From: Candidatus Micrarchaeota archaeon
Lineage (GTDB): Archaea; Micrarchaeota; Micrarchaeia; Micrarchaeales; CABMGC01
Reading direction: 5' to 3'
Assembly (NCBI GenBank): GCA_021817125.1
Contig: JAKAWC010000001.1
Span: 12,327-76,326, forward strand
DNA length: 64,000 nt
Part shown: piece by piece, positions 32,401 to 41,000 of the stretch
Layout of the letters: the number at the start of each line of letters is the position of its first letter
Numbering within the stretch: position 1 is the stretch's first letter
Translations under genes and position numbers: made by a program
The notes under the pieces: model-generated
Told to the model about the DNA's origin: nothing
The model's database searches: none
Seen by the model: only the letters and a program-made list of their open reading frames with translations

Positions 32401-34921
32401 GAAGGAGATCATCGTAGAGTTAAGCGGGCAGAAGTTTAGTGATAAGCCCGCATCGATATTGCAAAAGATGAGAAACAACCCTAAATTCATAGCAAAGGGA
32501 GTAACTACAGCAGATGAAGCCCTTACTCTTGTTATCGGGTTGGCGGGGTTGGTGCACCTCTCGACAATACCCGTGGAGCAGCTGCTTGGCCCTCAGGGTG
32601 AGGATCTTGTCCTAGCTTTGAACGATGCCTACGTCAAGCTTGGGCACAGAAGGGGAATCAGAGTTATAGGGCAGCAGGACACAACCCGTGTTTCTTTCAG
32701 TCTGAACGGAGGCCATTATGAAGATAGCATGAACGCTCTTACGAAGAGAATGATAAAATTGCAAGGATTTAGAGAGAAAGGGGTGGTGTCTGATTCTAAA
32801 GCCATGGACTGGCTTGTCGCACTTGCGGGTAGGAAGATGGCCTCTGGCGTCGAGCCTTTTATTAGAGAAAGGAGGATGCCGCTACCAAGACCAGGGAAGC
32901 TTGATGTCTCGGACCTTCTTGGACCGAACGGCAAAGAGTTGGCAATGGCGATAGACAAAGCATTGGTTGACAACGGAATCCAAAAAGGGCTGGCCGGAGC
33001 TAGCACAGATTATCGCGAACCTATCTCGTTTGCATGCGATGGCGCCAAGTATGAAGACCACCTTAGAGATATCATCCGAAGGATCTTATTGCACCCTGCC
33101 TTTAAAAGCCAAGGTATTGATTCCTCCCTAGAGGCCAAGGTCTGGCTCGCGAAAATGGCCGGAAGAGATATCGAAAGGAGAGTCGCCGCTGTTCGCGGGC
33201 AACCTGGCGCGAAGCCGCCGGTTTCACCCCTTGTCAAAGAGATAAGGGATTCTGGCTTCGATTTTGAGAAGGTCGCCGCTCGAGAGCTTTTGAATGATCA
33301 AGATGCGATAAATAAGCTCTTGGCTGCAAGAGAGAGTAAGAACTATTTCACAGCTGAAGAGATAGGTTCAGAGAAGGCAGGAGAACTGCTAGCAGCATTG
33401 ACTTCAAGCAGAAAGTTGTTCAACTTTGGAGCGGTCTACAGTTTCGACCAGAGAAAGATACTATACCTTGTCAGGTTCAATAAGAGAACACGTGCAAAAG
33501 AGGGCAAGCCAAAAGAGCATATAAAACCAAGCTGGAACGGCAATAGGGAGTACTCGTATTCGGATCTGGAGGGAATCGAGTTCGGGGAGTTCAGAGAGCC
33601 CGGCACAAAACGTCGCAGGCGAAGCACGCCAAAGGCAGCGGTCTGGCAGAATCCAGCAGCAGAACGCCAGAAAGTAGAAGTTCCTGCCATAATTAAACTG
33701 GCGCTCAACAGGCCATTGAAGCCGACAGACCTTGAGGCTCTGCAAAAGGCGATGACGGTCCATGCATCAAGGGGAATCTTCAAGGCGCTGGAAGAGGGGA
33801 TAAAGAGCAAAGATGGTAAAGAGATAGAGAGACCTATACAAGGACCTGTTCTTGACGTGGGCTCCGGCCCGAGCACGGCACCAGTCGCAAAGGCCCTTAC
33901 TCTGCCGGTTACCTGTGTGGACCTGAAGAAAGAGAGAGTTGCTGGACTCAAGGAGAACAATCTAGGCTTGAATCACGTTGCTGCAGATGCGAGGTATCTT
34001 CCGTTTAAGACTGGCGCCTTTGGAACTACTACATGGAGCTATCTTCTGGACAGTAATTGGACCAGGGGAGGCGTCCTTCTCATGGCAATGGAGATGACAA
34101 GGGTTGGTAGAGAGTCCGTAATGGAGATGCATAGGTCATATACCGGAGGAGCCAGGGCGCTCGAGTACCTCATGGAGCTGTCCGGGATAGATTACCATGA
34201 TAGAGCACCTTTAGCCAGGTTTAATTGTAGTGTACGGAGCAAGTCTATACTCATAAGGGCGCAGAAGGCGAGAGAACCGTTTATCGATGCAGGAGTATTG
34301 ACAGAAGCAGCAAGGTTCGATGCTGACAAAGAGAAGGTGTATAAGATTGCTGTGGGCGTAGATGCCAACGAGTTAGTAAGGGCATGGCTCCTGATAAATG
34401 CAAACCCGAAGGATTATTTCAGCACGAAGAGAGTGGCGACTGAGAGTATATCAAGAGTCTTTAGTGTCACCAGCGGATCTGCCCTGGCAGATAGGACCAA
34501 GACGTTGGCCTCTTTGATGCTCTCTACTGGAGTGAGTGCAACTGTTCAGCCATTCGTTGTCGCACTTAGAGTCTCGGGAAAAGGGAAGAGGAATGGCAAT
34601 GGGAGCACACTGTTCTCTATCACCAAGTACAAGAGCAAAAGAAGATTTGGCGCATCTTTCATGTTGGATTCAGATGCGAGAACCGGCACTGAGGTCATCA
34701 GGCAGCTCAGAGCATCGCTGAATGCTCTTGGCGCTTCGTTCAGGGTCAAGAAATACAAAAACAGGGGCTGGTACGGCATAAGGGTAGACGACGTTTTAGT
34801 AACGGGACTCGAAGGCAGGGATGAGGAGAGCCTTGCGCGAGACTATGCATTCAGGCGTCTCTTAAGGAAAGCTGAGAAACGCGAGCTGTCAAGCTTCGCA
34901 CAGGCGCAAATGCGGGAATAG
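29456..34921 (+). CDS. Giant 1,821-aa protein: 12 divergent tandem ~95-aa modules + class I SAM methyltransferase domain + basic C-terminal region
   Basis: Uninterrupted ORF. Repeats start at residues 37, 142, 237, 343, 439, 534, 661, 756, 850, 943, 1038 and 1149. MTase motifs VLDVGSGPS, VTCVDL, ADARYLPF (residues ~1465-1530; nt ~33833-34135). No signal peptide or TM. Confidence 0.8.
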   Translation: MAFIRKPPTSGDPSVGLNTPAPNHAVGGEKTTYPTVPIEKLLGPEGEKIAKAIDQYYLGQGNELGILDVYTNSRYRIIIDLGEVRYEDSLASIVQRMRHSKDCAAKGITSLGAAKDFLAAKAGRAVPPHKNRKWAVRTHPKITTEELLQPELGQKLVDALDREYVALGLAGGLSEVSASDKRRVIIIVDGKAYEERMHLLSLRISKSDTFKEMGIEGIGTARDWLAKTAGREVYAQLQVDDILQEGIGQKFVLALDAALVAAGVENGLAGANKWTNDRLIFEVNGKKYADTISAIMQRCIHHSEAFRERGLTTGSKVLDFLARAANREPPRRRDTSRITRTHSPVDESLLLGETGERLAKLIDAECVKRGFTEGVSQVSVTDKGRMTFVLDGVTNEDSIQTIVSRAWRLESFRTAGYDSPRKIRDLIAKKAGRTIYPTLPLEVLLQEDRGKKLANAIEQGYIAAGIEGGIKGVNAHDPTLFLFEFEGVTYQDSMNRMVQRAQKFESFNAKGSLRASQLRRLMMEKVGKTSYDKVPAEVFLDPVLSPLFTDAINKALIDSGIPGGIAATSVSYAKPLEFSIGEKHYSDKFNLIVLRIYHCPAFSLLGVNTYKSAKEFLLKVAKGEAFVENQRAAVAGINPENVPNIPDHNPRANRRVGLNPLPIALLFGEEHGAVAMAIDEACVKAGSPDGLDMNLDDRRLLTITFKGMVYTDTFGLIVTHLAKSGRELPGDVNTFDKSRAKMLLMVLASRKPKKTLPIDSLLGDKRKDAVLAIDKACLELGIKDGVAGILAENRRKIKITLGDETFEDSTAGITDRMRAKPEFRKLGITRFAHARDWLIKEAGRDVYRILTVDILLGKDCERFVRAVDDCLIGFGIEGGIAEARTNVRKTFKFELDGEKYSDNFSALLQRMINSEDFQRLNVNKLTSARVWLASKIEKEVILPMPYEELLGENAGKVAEAFHDACLKAGITGGLQGASRSSQKEIIVELSGQKFSDKPASILQKMRNNPKFIAKGVTTADEALTLVIGLAGLVHLSTIPVEQLLGPQGEDLVLALNDAYVKLGHRRGIRVIGQQDTTRVSFSLNGGHYEDSMNALTKRMIKLQGFREKGVVSDSKAMDWLVALAGRKMASGVEPFIRERRMPLPRPGKLDVSDLLGPNGKELAMAIDKALVDNGIQKGLAGASTDYREPISFACDGAKYEDHLRDIIRRILLHPAFKSQGIDSSLEAKVWLAKMAGRDIERRVAAVRGQPGAKPPVSPLVKEIRDSGFDFEKVAARELLNDQDAINKLLAARESKNYFTAEEIGSEKAGELLAALTSSRKLFNFGAVYSFDQRKILYLVRFNKRTRAKEGKPKEHIKPSWNGNREYSYSDLEGIEFGEFREPGTKRRRRSTPKAAVWQNPAAERQKVEVPAIIKLALNRPLKPTDLEALQKAMTVHASRGIFKALEEGIKSKDGKEIERPIQGPVLDVGSGPSTAPVAKALTLPVTCVDLKKERVAGLKENNLGLNHVAADARYLPFKTGAFGTTTWSYLLDSNWTRGGVLLMAMEMTRVGRESVMEMHRSYTGGARALEYLMELSGIDYHDRAPLARFNCSVRSKSILIRAQKAREPFIDAGVLTEAARFDADKEKVYKIAVGVDANELVRAWLLINANPKDYFSTKRVATESISRVFSVTSGSALADRTKTLASLMLSTGVSATVQPFVVALRVSGKGKRNGNGSTLFSITKYKSKRRFGASFMLDSDARTGTEVIRQLRASLNALGASFRVKKYKNRGWYGIRVDDVLVTGLEGRDEESLARDYAFRRLLRKAEKRELSSFAQAQMRE
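29564..33175 (+). repeat. Coding tandem repeat: 12 divergent protein modules (period 93-127 aa)
   Basis: Consensus P-x-E-x-LLG-x2-G-x2-LA-x-AID-x-A-x-V-x2-GI-x2-GL-x-G ... F-x3-G-x2-Y-x-DS ... R-M ... F-x3-GI ... A-x-DWLA-x2-AGR, read in every copy. At DNA level only short identities are present (e.g. GGAATAGAAGGGGGCAT twice). Confidence 0.75.
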
Positions 34922-34927
34922 AAACTG

Positions 34928-36148
34928 TCACTTCTTAGACAGGACCTTCAGGACAAGGTCCCGGTACTCTCCCAGCATGTTGTCCTCGTCGAACCTCTTT
35001 GCTATCTTGCTGGAGACCTCAGCCGCTCTCTGGTTGTATGACGTGTTCCTTACCGTCTCTTCAAGCGCGGTCGCAAGCGCTTGCACGCTTCCGGTCGAGA
35101 ACGAACGTATCTCCCCTACGCTCTCCTCCTTCAGGTCTTCTATGTACGCTCCGGTCGAGATTACGAGCGGCACCCCGTGCGACGCCGCTTCGAGTACGGT
35201 CCTGCTGAATCCCTCCCACCTTGACGGAAGTACGAATACGTCGGCCAGATCGTAGAACGATGAGAGATCCTCCTCGGATACGCTACCGGTGAATATTATC
35301 CTCCAGTTCCCGTCCGCTTGGGTCTTGTAGTCATTGAGCGACGGCCCGTCGCCAACGAAGACCAGCAGGCCACCGTCTCCCTTTATCCGCTGGAATGCGT
35401 CGATGATGACACTTGCGTTCTTCTGCCTCTCGAACATCCTGCCGGCGTAGAGCACGATGAACTCGCCGTGCTCAAGGCCGTACTTGGCTCTTAGCGCCTC
35501 TTCGCGAGCCGTATCGCGCTTTGGGCGGTTGACCCCTATGTTTATGCGCACCACCTTGTCGGTGTATCCCTTGATTATCCTCTCCTGCGCTAGGTTGAGC
35601 GCGACGTTCATGTCAAAAAAGTTGAAGAACTGCTTCTTCGCGTCGTTGGTGTTCGTGGCGTTTACCCCACAGCCGAGTGTCAGTGGTATCCCCTCTTTTG
35701 AGAAGTAGGTGAATTCGGTGTTGGATATGCACGTGTGGTCGATGTAGATAGTCTTGAACTGCAGTCCGTTCGTTTTGAGGAACCTGAGCACAGGCATGTC
35801 CTGGATGGAGTTCGAGATTATGACATCCGGCTGGACCGCCTTGACCTTTTCCAGAAGCTCACCCCTGCCCACCCCGAGGGCACCCATCCTCCGGATAATC
35901 AGGAGGTTGTACGCCGCCCTGAACAACGACATCTCGCTAAGCTTTGACCTTCGCAGGCTCGGATTTATCGCTCCGGATCTGGGAAGGATTATCGCGTTTT
36001 TTGCGCCCTGCTTCATGTACTCGGTCTCATACCCGAGATAGTACGCGTTTTCAGTCCGCAAGAAGTAATTCTGCAGGGTGGCAGCGAAGCGGGCCTGTCC
36101 GCCTATCACGTTAAGCCGAGAACCCATATCCATGATGAGGATGTTCAC
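34928..36148 (-). CDS. Glycosyltransferase family 4 (GT-B)
   Basis: EGFSRTVLEAASHGVPLVIS (E-x7-E region). 406 aa. GTG start overlaps the upstream stop (GTGA 36145-36148). Confidence 0.8.
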   Translation of the reverse strand: MNILIMDMGSRLNVIGGQARFAATLQNYFLRTENAYYLGYETEYMKQGAKNAIILPRSGAINPSLRRSKLSEMSLFRAAYNLLIIRRMGALGVGRGELLEKVKAVQPDVIISNSIQDMPVLRFLKTNGLQFKTIYIDHTCISNTEFTYFSKEGIPLTLGCGVNATNTNDAKKQFFNFFDMNVALNLAQERIIKGYTDKVVRINIGVNRPKRDTAREEALRAKYGLEHGEFIVLYAGRMFERQKNASVIIDAFQRIKGDGGLLVFVGDGPSLNDYKTQADGNWRIIFTGSVSEEDLSSFYDLADVFVLPSRWEGFSRTVLEAASHGVPLVISTGAYIEDLKEESVGEIRSFSTGSVQALATALEETVRNTSYNQRAAEVSSKIAKRFDEDNMLGEYRDLVLKVLSKK

Positions 36149-37716
36149 TCCTTCACCATGACCGAACGCTTGCCAGTCTTGCTCTCAAGCCCATAATAGT
36201 CGAGTATCGTCGGGGTTATGTTGAGCACGCTGACGTTGCTGTACGTTACCTTCACGCTTCGGGAATAGAAACCGAATATGCCCATCATCGTGTGGTCGCC
36301 GCTCTTTGGAGCCTCTGGTGCCATAAACGGAGTTGCCTTGGAGTAGTTGAATACGTCTATGGTATATCCCTTCTTCGCGCTTGCGAAGAGGTCGGGCGGG
36401 ATGAACTTCTCGGTGCCTTTGTAGTACGGCTCCGCATCGGTGACTTCGGGGAACATCGTGTCCCCTTCTGCACTCTTTACCGTCTTCAGCTTCGTGATTA
36501 TCTCGGTCTTCAGCACCTTCTTTTCGCTGTCACTCACGATCCCGTTCTTGAATCTCTTGTCGTTTATCCAGAGCGTAGTCACGGGGAAGTTAGATATTGC
36601 GGGAAATGCCCGGGTCTTGGTCATGTCAAAATCGAAAAGGTGAAGTCGTGTGTATGCGCCTGAGCCCCCTTTTGAGAAGAAACTCCCTAGCAGGGAGAAT
36701 ACCGCCTTCTTCACCGTAAACGGGAGCTTGTCGTATACCTTCCTCAGTCTTGACTTGAGCAGCTTCTCCCTAAGCGAGTATGCCGTCGAGGGTTTACCCT
36801 CCTCGTCCTCTGCGTCTGAAGTTATCTCTTCTATGGACTTCTTCAGCACAGCATAGCCGTTGTCTATGAGCCACGAATTTATCAGGAATTTGTTGTATAT
36901 CGGCTGCGCACCGTGGTCAGACACCAGCATGGCGGCCGAGCCCTCCTCGTCTACCCTCTTCAGCACGTACTCGAGGAACTTGTTTATCTCCCGGTAGAGC
37001 GGCAGCAGGTAGCTCTTCATCTCTGGCTTATTTAGGACGAAGTGTTGCAGCCTGTCGGTCTCGGTGAAGCACACGAATATGAAGTCGTACTCCTTGCTCT
37101 CGATCATCTCCCTTGCTATCTGACTCCTGGCAGCTATGCTCTTCACGTATGCCTTGCTCGCGTCTTCCGGCGTCATCTTGCCATCCTTGATGGCCTTCTC
37201 TATGTCCGGTTCGCCCCAGAAGTCGTACTTCTGCATCCTCTGCTCGATATCCTTGCTGTTCGTCTTCGACTTGAGCGGGAACCCGGTCATTAGGTCGATG
37301 TTCTTGTGGCTCGGAGCCTTTATCTCTGTCGCAGGCGTTATGACGAGGCATCTGTATCCGTTGTCTGCCAGCGTCTTCCAGATGGGGGGCACCGCCTCTG
37401 AGTCATAGAACACTATGTCGGGGGTGTAATCCCTGGTCATAATGAAGAAGTCCGGCACCCCGTGCTCTCCGGGAGTAAGTCCGGTGTAGATTGATGGCCA
37501 TGCAGCCCCGGTCATCGGAGGGATCGTTGACTCAAGGTCAGATATTTGCTTCGCATCGAGCATCTTCGCGAACGAGCCCATGCCCTGCTCCCTTGAAAAC
37601 TGCTCCAGTATCCATACTGGGGTCGAGTCCATCCCTATCAGGTAGAACCGTTTCTTCGCTACTGGCTTTGGTTTCGGCAAAAGATGCACCTGCGCTCGAT
37701 TGACGTATATATGCAT
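36145..37716 (-). CDS. Alkaline-phosphatase-superfamily nucleotide pyrophosphatase/phosphodiesterase-like protein
   Basis: YLIGMDS, IPPMTGAAWPSIYTGLTPGEHGV (nucleophile Thr region), MLVSDHG. 523 aa. Confidence 0.7.
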   Translation of the reverse strand: MHIYVNRAQVHLLPKPKPVAKKRFYLIGMDSTPVWILEQFSREQGMGSFAKMLDAKQISDLESTIPPMTGAAWPSIYTGLTPGEHGVPDFFIMTRDYTPDIVFYDSEAVPPIWKTLADNGYRCLVITPATEIKAPSHKNIDLMTGFPLKSKTNSKDIEQRMQKYDFWGEPDIEKAIKDGKMTPEDASKAYVKSIAARSQIAREMIESKEYDFIFVCFTETDRLQHFVLNKPEMKSYLLPLYREINKFLEYVLKRVDEEGSAAMLVSDHGAQPIYNKFLINSWLIDNGYAVLKKSIEEITSDAEDEEGKPSTAYSLREKLLKSRLRKVYDKLPFTVKKAVFSLLGSFFSKGGSGAYTRLHLFDFDMTKTRAFPAISNFPVTTLWINDKRFKNGIVSDSEKKVLKTEIITKLKTVKSAEGDTMFPEVTDAEPYYKGTEKFIPPDLFASAKKGYTIDVFNYSKATPFMAPEAPKSGDHTMMGIFGFYSRSVKVTYSNVSVLNITPTILDYYGLESKTGKRSVMVKE

Positions 37717-37897
37717 AATAATTTAATAACTGCTCTATCAACATCTGTAGTGAAGAGGGGCACAGAAGGAACAGAGAGGAGGGATATTCACGGCTACGAT
37801 AGAGGGCAGAGCAGCCCGTAGTACCAACGGCAGGGATGCCATAGCCCAGCTTATCTCATCTGCTACCGGAGGCTTCGACAGGCTCTGGAGGAAGCAG

Positions 37898-38470
37898 ATG
37901 ATAGACGAGATTGGCGACCTGGAGGGACTAGATATAATGGATGTTGCGACAGGGGTGGGCACTACCGCGCTGATGCTGGCGAAGAGATGCAGGAGCTGCA
38001 GAGTGGTCGGCCTTGGGTTCGAGGATGCGAGGCTAGACATCGCAAAAGAGAGAAGCAGGGGGGTGAAGAACTTGGAGTACGTGAAGGCAGACATGGACTA
38101 TTTCGGCACCTCAACGGGAAGATTTGACGTGGCGGTATCGTCATTCACCATAGGAAACTTCAACGATCCAATAAAGGCGATAGGGGAGATGCACAGGATC
38201 CTGAAGCAGGGCGGCAGGCTATTCCTGCTGGATATAAACAAGCCCCACAACAGAGTGCTCAACAGCCTGTGGGCGATGAACTACGCGCTCAAGGTCAACC
38301 CGCTGCTTAGCGCAGGTGTGCAGAAGGAAGCCACCTACTTCGATATCAGGAGAATCCGGGTCGACCGCGACAACCTGGTCGAGATACTCAAGGGCAGCGG
38401 ATTCAATGTAAAGAGGGTCAGGAGCCTCAGCTTCGGAACCGCATTCGTGATAACTGCGGAGAAGATTTAG
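37898..38470 (+). CDS. Class I SAM-dependent methyltransferase (UbiE/MenG-like)
   Basis: IMDVATGVGTTALMLA motif I, GGRLFLLD. UbiE-like sequence (GGFDRLWRKQ) continues upstream in frame without a canonical start codon. Confidence 0.7.
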   Translation: MIDEIGDLEGLDIMDVATGVGTTALMLAKRCRSCRVVGLGFEDARLDIAKERSRGVKNLEYVKADMDYFGTSTGRFDVAVSSFTIGNFNDPIKAIGEMHRILKQGGRLFLLDINKPHNRVLNSLWAMNYALKVNPLLSAGVQKEATYFDIRRIRVDRDNLVEILKGSGFNVKRVRSLSFGTAFVITAEKI

Positions 38471-39300
38471 GCGGGCACGAATGCCATGCTCGCATATGCG
38501 ACGACGGACTTGTAATCCCCGGTCTCCTCGCCCGAATTTCCGTACTTGAGCAGTACCCCTTTCCTTGCGCCGTGGTCGAAGCCGAACAGCGCAGACACCG
38601 CCATCGGGCCGTACCCGCATGCAGAGTCGTGGCTCTTCTTTATCAGCTCGTGGAACTGCTTTGCCTCTAGTCTCTCGATGGCGCGAAGCGCTGGCATATC
38701 CTTCGACCCCGCAGTCTCGGCGGACTCGTAGTGGTTCATGTCGGAGCTGGCGATTACGGTGACATTCCTCTTGAGCTTTTGTTCCGCCTTTCCTATCGCC
38801 ATCGCCAATTCGTAGCTCAGATCATAGGACTGCCTGCCCATGCATATGAATACGCACCTCGGGGATGCGACGACACTCTGGAGGAATGGCAGCTGCACCT
38901 CGATGGAGTGCTCCTCCATGTGTGCCTCTTCGTCAGCGGTTATCGACGGCGACGCGCTTATAATCTGGTTCGCGAGCTCTGCGTCGTTCTTTACTATGCC
39001 GAGAGGAGTGCGCCAGTCTTGCTTCGATACTGCGATGGGCTCGCCCATCCCCGTGTGGTTTGGTCCGATTATCACATATGTGTCTATCTTTCTCGCCTTG
39101 GACTGGAGTGCAACAGCATTGTAGGCGTACGCTGCTATGGCACCGGAGTAGTTGTATCCCGCGTGCGGCGCGACGAACGATATCGCGTCCTTCAGCTGCT
39201 CACTCACTTTCGCCCTGGCGAGCATTGCCTCTACCTGCCCGCTCAAGACCTCCTTATCTGCAGGATAGAATGCGTCTGCGACTGCGGCTCCGCGTATCAT
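38467..39300 (-). CDS. MEMO1-family protein (AmmeMemoRadiSam system protein B)
   Basis: IRGAAVADAFYPADKEVL...FVAPHAGYNYSG...GPNHTG pattern. 277 aa. Confidence 0.8.
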   Translation of the reverse strand: MIRGAAVADAFYPADKEVLSGQVEAMLARAKVSEQLKDAISFVAPHAGYNYSGAIAAYAYNAVALQSKARKIDTYVIIGPNHTGMGEPIAVSKQDWRTPLGIVKNDAELANQIISASPSITADEEAHMEEHSIEVQLPFLQSVVASPRCVFICMGRQSYDLSYELAMAIGKAEQKLKRNVTVIASSDMNHYESAETAGSKDMPALRAIERLEAKQFHELIKKSHDSACGYGPMAVSALFGFDHGARKGVLLKYGNSGEETGDYKSVVAYASMAFVPA

Positions 39301-39336
39301 CCGCTCACTTTTTAGTATTGCCTTCAGCTTTATTTA

Positions 39337-39999
39337 ATGATTCCCTTGGACGAGTACACCACAAAGGTAATGAAAAGGCTGTACGGCAGGTACAGCAACC
39401 AGCTTACGACAGCGCTGGATCATGTGAACATGACGGAGCTGTTTGTTGCCGTGCTGCTCTCGCCGCAGTCCAACGACAATCAGACTAACAGAGTGACCGA
39501 GAGGCTCTTCACGAAGTACAAGACGTTTGAGGACTACGCGAACGCGGACCTCAACGCGCTGAGAAAGGACATGAGCGGAATGAACTATTACAAGACAAAG
39601 GCGAAGCACCTCCGCCTGGCTGCCCGGATGATACTCGACAGGTTCGGCGGAGAGGTGCCGCGGACACTCGCGGAGCTGATGGAGCTCCCGGGGGTCGGCA
39701 GAAAGGTGGCCAATGTTGTGCAGAACGAGGGCTACAACCTGGATGAGGGCATTGCAGTTGACACGCACGCCGCGCGCACATCGCGGCGCCTACGCCTGAG
39801 CAGGCGGAAAGACCCGGTCAAGATAGAGCAGGATCTGATGAGGAGAATAGATAAGACATGGTGGCGCAACTCGTCAAACCTGCTCATCGCGCTTGGCAGG
39901 GACACGTGCAAGGCGAGGAAGAAGGAGTGCTACAGGTGCGTACTCAGGGACATCTGTCCAAGCAGCGAAGCGAGTGCGGGAAAAGAGAAAGGGATTTAG
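39337..39999 (+). CDS. nth: Endonuclease III (HhH-GPD DNA glycosylase/lyase)
   Basis: HhH LMELPGVGRKVANVV, catalytic IAVDTH, Fe-S cluster C-x6-C-x2-C-x5-C (CKARKKECYRCVLRDIC). Confidence 0.9.
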   Translation: MIPLDEYTTKVMKRLYGRYSNQLTTALDHVNMTELFVAVLLSPQSNDNQTNRVTERLFTKYKTFEDYANADLNALRKDMSGMNYYKTKAKHLRLAARMILDRFGGEVPRTLAELMELPGVGRKVANVVQNEGYNLDEGIAVDTHAARTSRRLRLSRRKDPVKIEQDLMRRIDKTWWRNSSNLLIALGRDTCKARKKECYRCVLRDICPSSEASAGKEKGI

Positions 40000-40847
40000 G
40001 ATTCCTCTCCGGGCTTCTGCTTATGCTGCGGCTTCCGCTGCTGCGTTTTGAGTCGCTTTGCCTGAACGGGGTGCATCTTTGGGAGATTGACCCCAGGCGG
40101 TCTCGTGTTCTTCCTATAATTATAGTATATCCCGGCAAGGATTATCACCAGGACCACGACTACTGCTGCCACGCCAGCCCAGTTGCCACCCTGGCTGATG
40201 TTGCTTATCTGCACCGTGGGATATGTGACTACGGTGTACGCAGTGGATACCGGCACTTTCAGGAAGAAGCCGAGCACGGTCTTGCCGGACACAGGAACAT
40301 TGAGCGAACATGCGCCCAGGTTCGCAGTCACATTGGATTGGGGTGCCCATGCGCCGCCCACTACAATCGCAGGATAGATAAGCAGCTCGGATATGGAGCA
40401 TGGATACGCATAGGTAAGGTTTGCCGTTACGTGTGCCTTTGTGGTTATTGATGTGTTGAACACTGCAAGCTGCTCGTAGCCGGCTACCATCGACGGCAAG
40501 CCTGTGCCTTCAGTATAATTCGCGATCATGACATTTATCGCCTGCGGGTATGTTGAGTTGGTGAATATCCTCAACGTGGCGTTTGCATTTGGTATTGCTA
40601 TGATGACAGGAGAGTTGGCCGCGATGTTTGTGGTCTCGGAGATCATCGTATGTGTCTGCTTCACGGCGGTTATCGCTGTTATCGGCACCGTGGTGCTCGA
40701 TATGGTCACCGGCGCTATCGTGAAGAGAAGCGTTGTCGTGCACCCAAAGTTGTTGCAGTTCTGCGAGTATGCTACCCCGACCTGGTTGAAGGCGAGCATC
40801 ACCGTCGCCGCAAGAAGCGCTAACAGCAGTAGAACCTTCCCTCTCAT
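39996..40847 (-). CDS. Secreted protein with C-terminal TM anchor and basic tail
   Basis: Signal peptide MRGKVLLLLALLAATVMLAF, a T/N-rich body, and a C-terminus GVAAVVVVLVIILAGIYYNYRKNTR. Start at internal ATG 40847. Confidence 0.65.
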   Translation of the reverse strand: MRGKVLLLLALLAATVMLAFNQVGVAYSQNCNNFGCTTTLLFTIAPVTISSTTVPITAITAVKQTHTMISETTNIAANSPVIIAIPNANATLRIFTNSTYPQAINVMIANYTEGTGLPSMVAGYEQLAVFNTSITTKAHVTANLTYAYPCSISELLIYPAIVVGGAWAPQSNVTANLGACSLNVPVSGKTVLGFFLKVPVSTAYTVVTYPTVQISNISQGGNWAGVAAVVVVLVIILAGIYYNYRKNTRPPGVNLPKMHPVQAKRLKTQQRKPQHKQKPGEES

Positions 40848-41000
40848 CTTCGGATCGCCTATTACCCTTACCAAGAACTCAAAAGTTTAAATAGCTTCAC
40901 ACGCTTCGCTTGCGCAACGATAACAGCGTTTTGGATTGTGCACTAGCTTTAAATGCTTTTCACAGCATAGTTAAGCTGGTTTTACAGACCCGGAGTTTTT

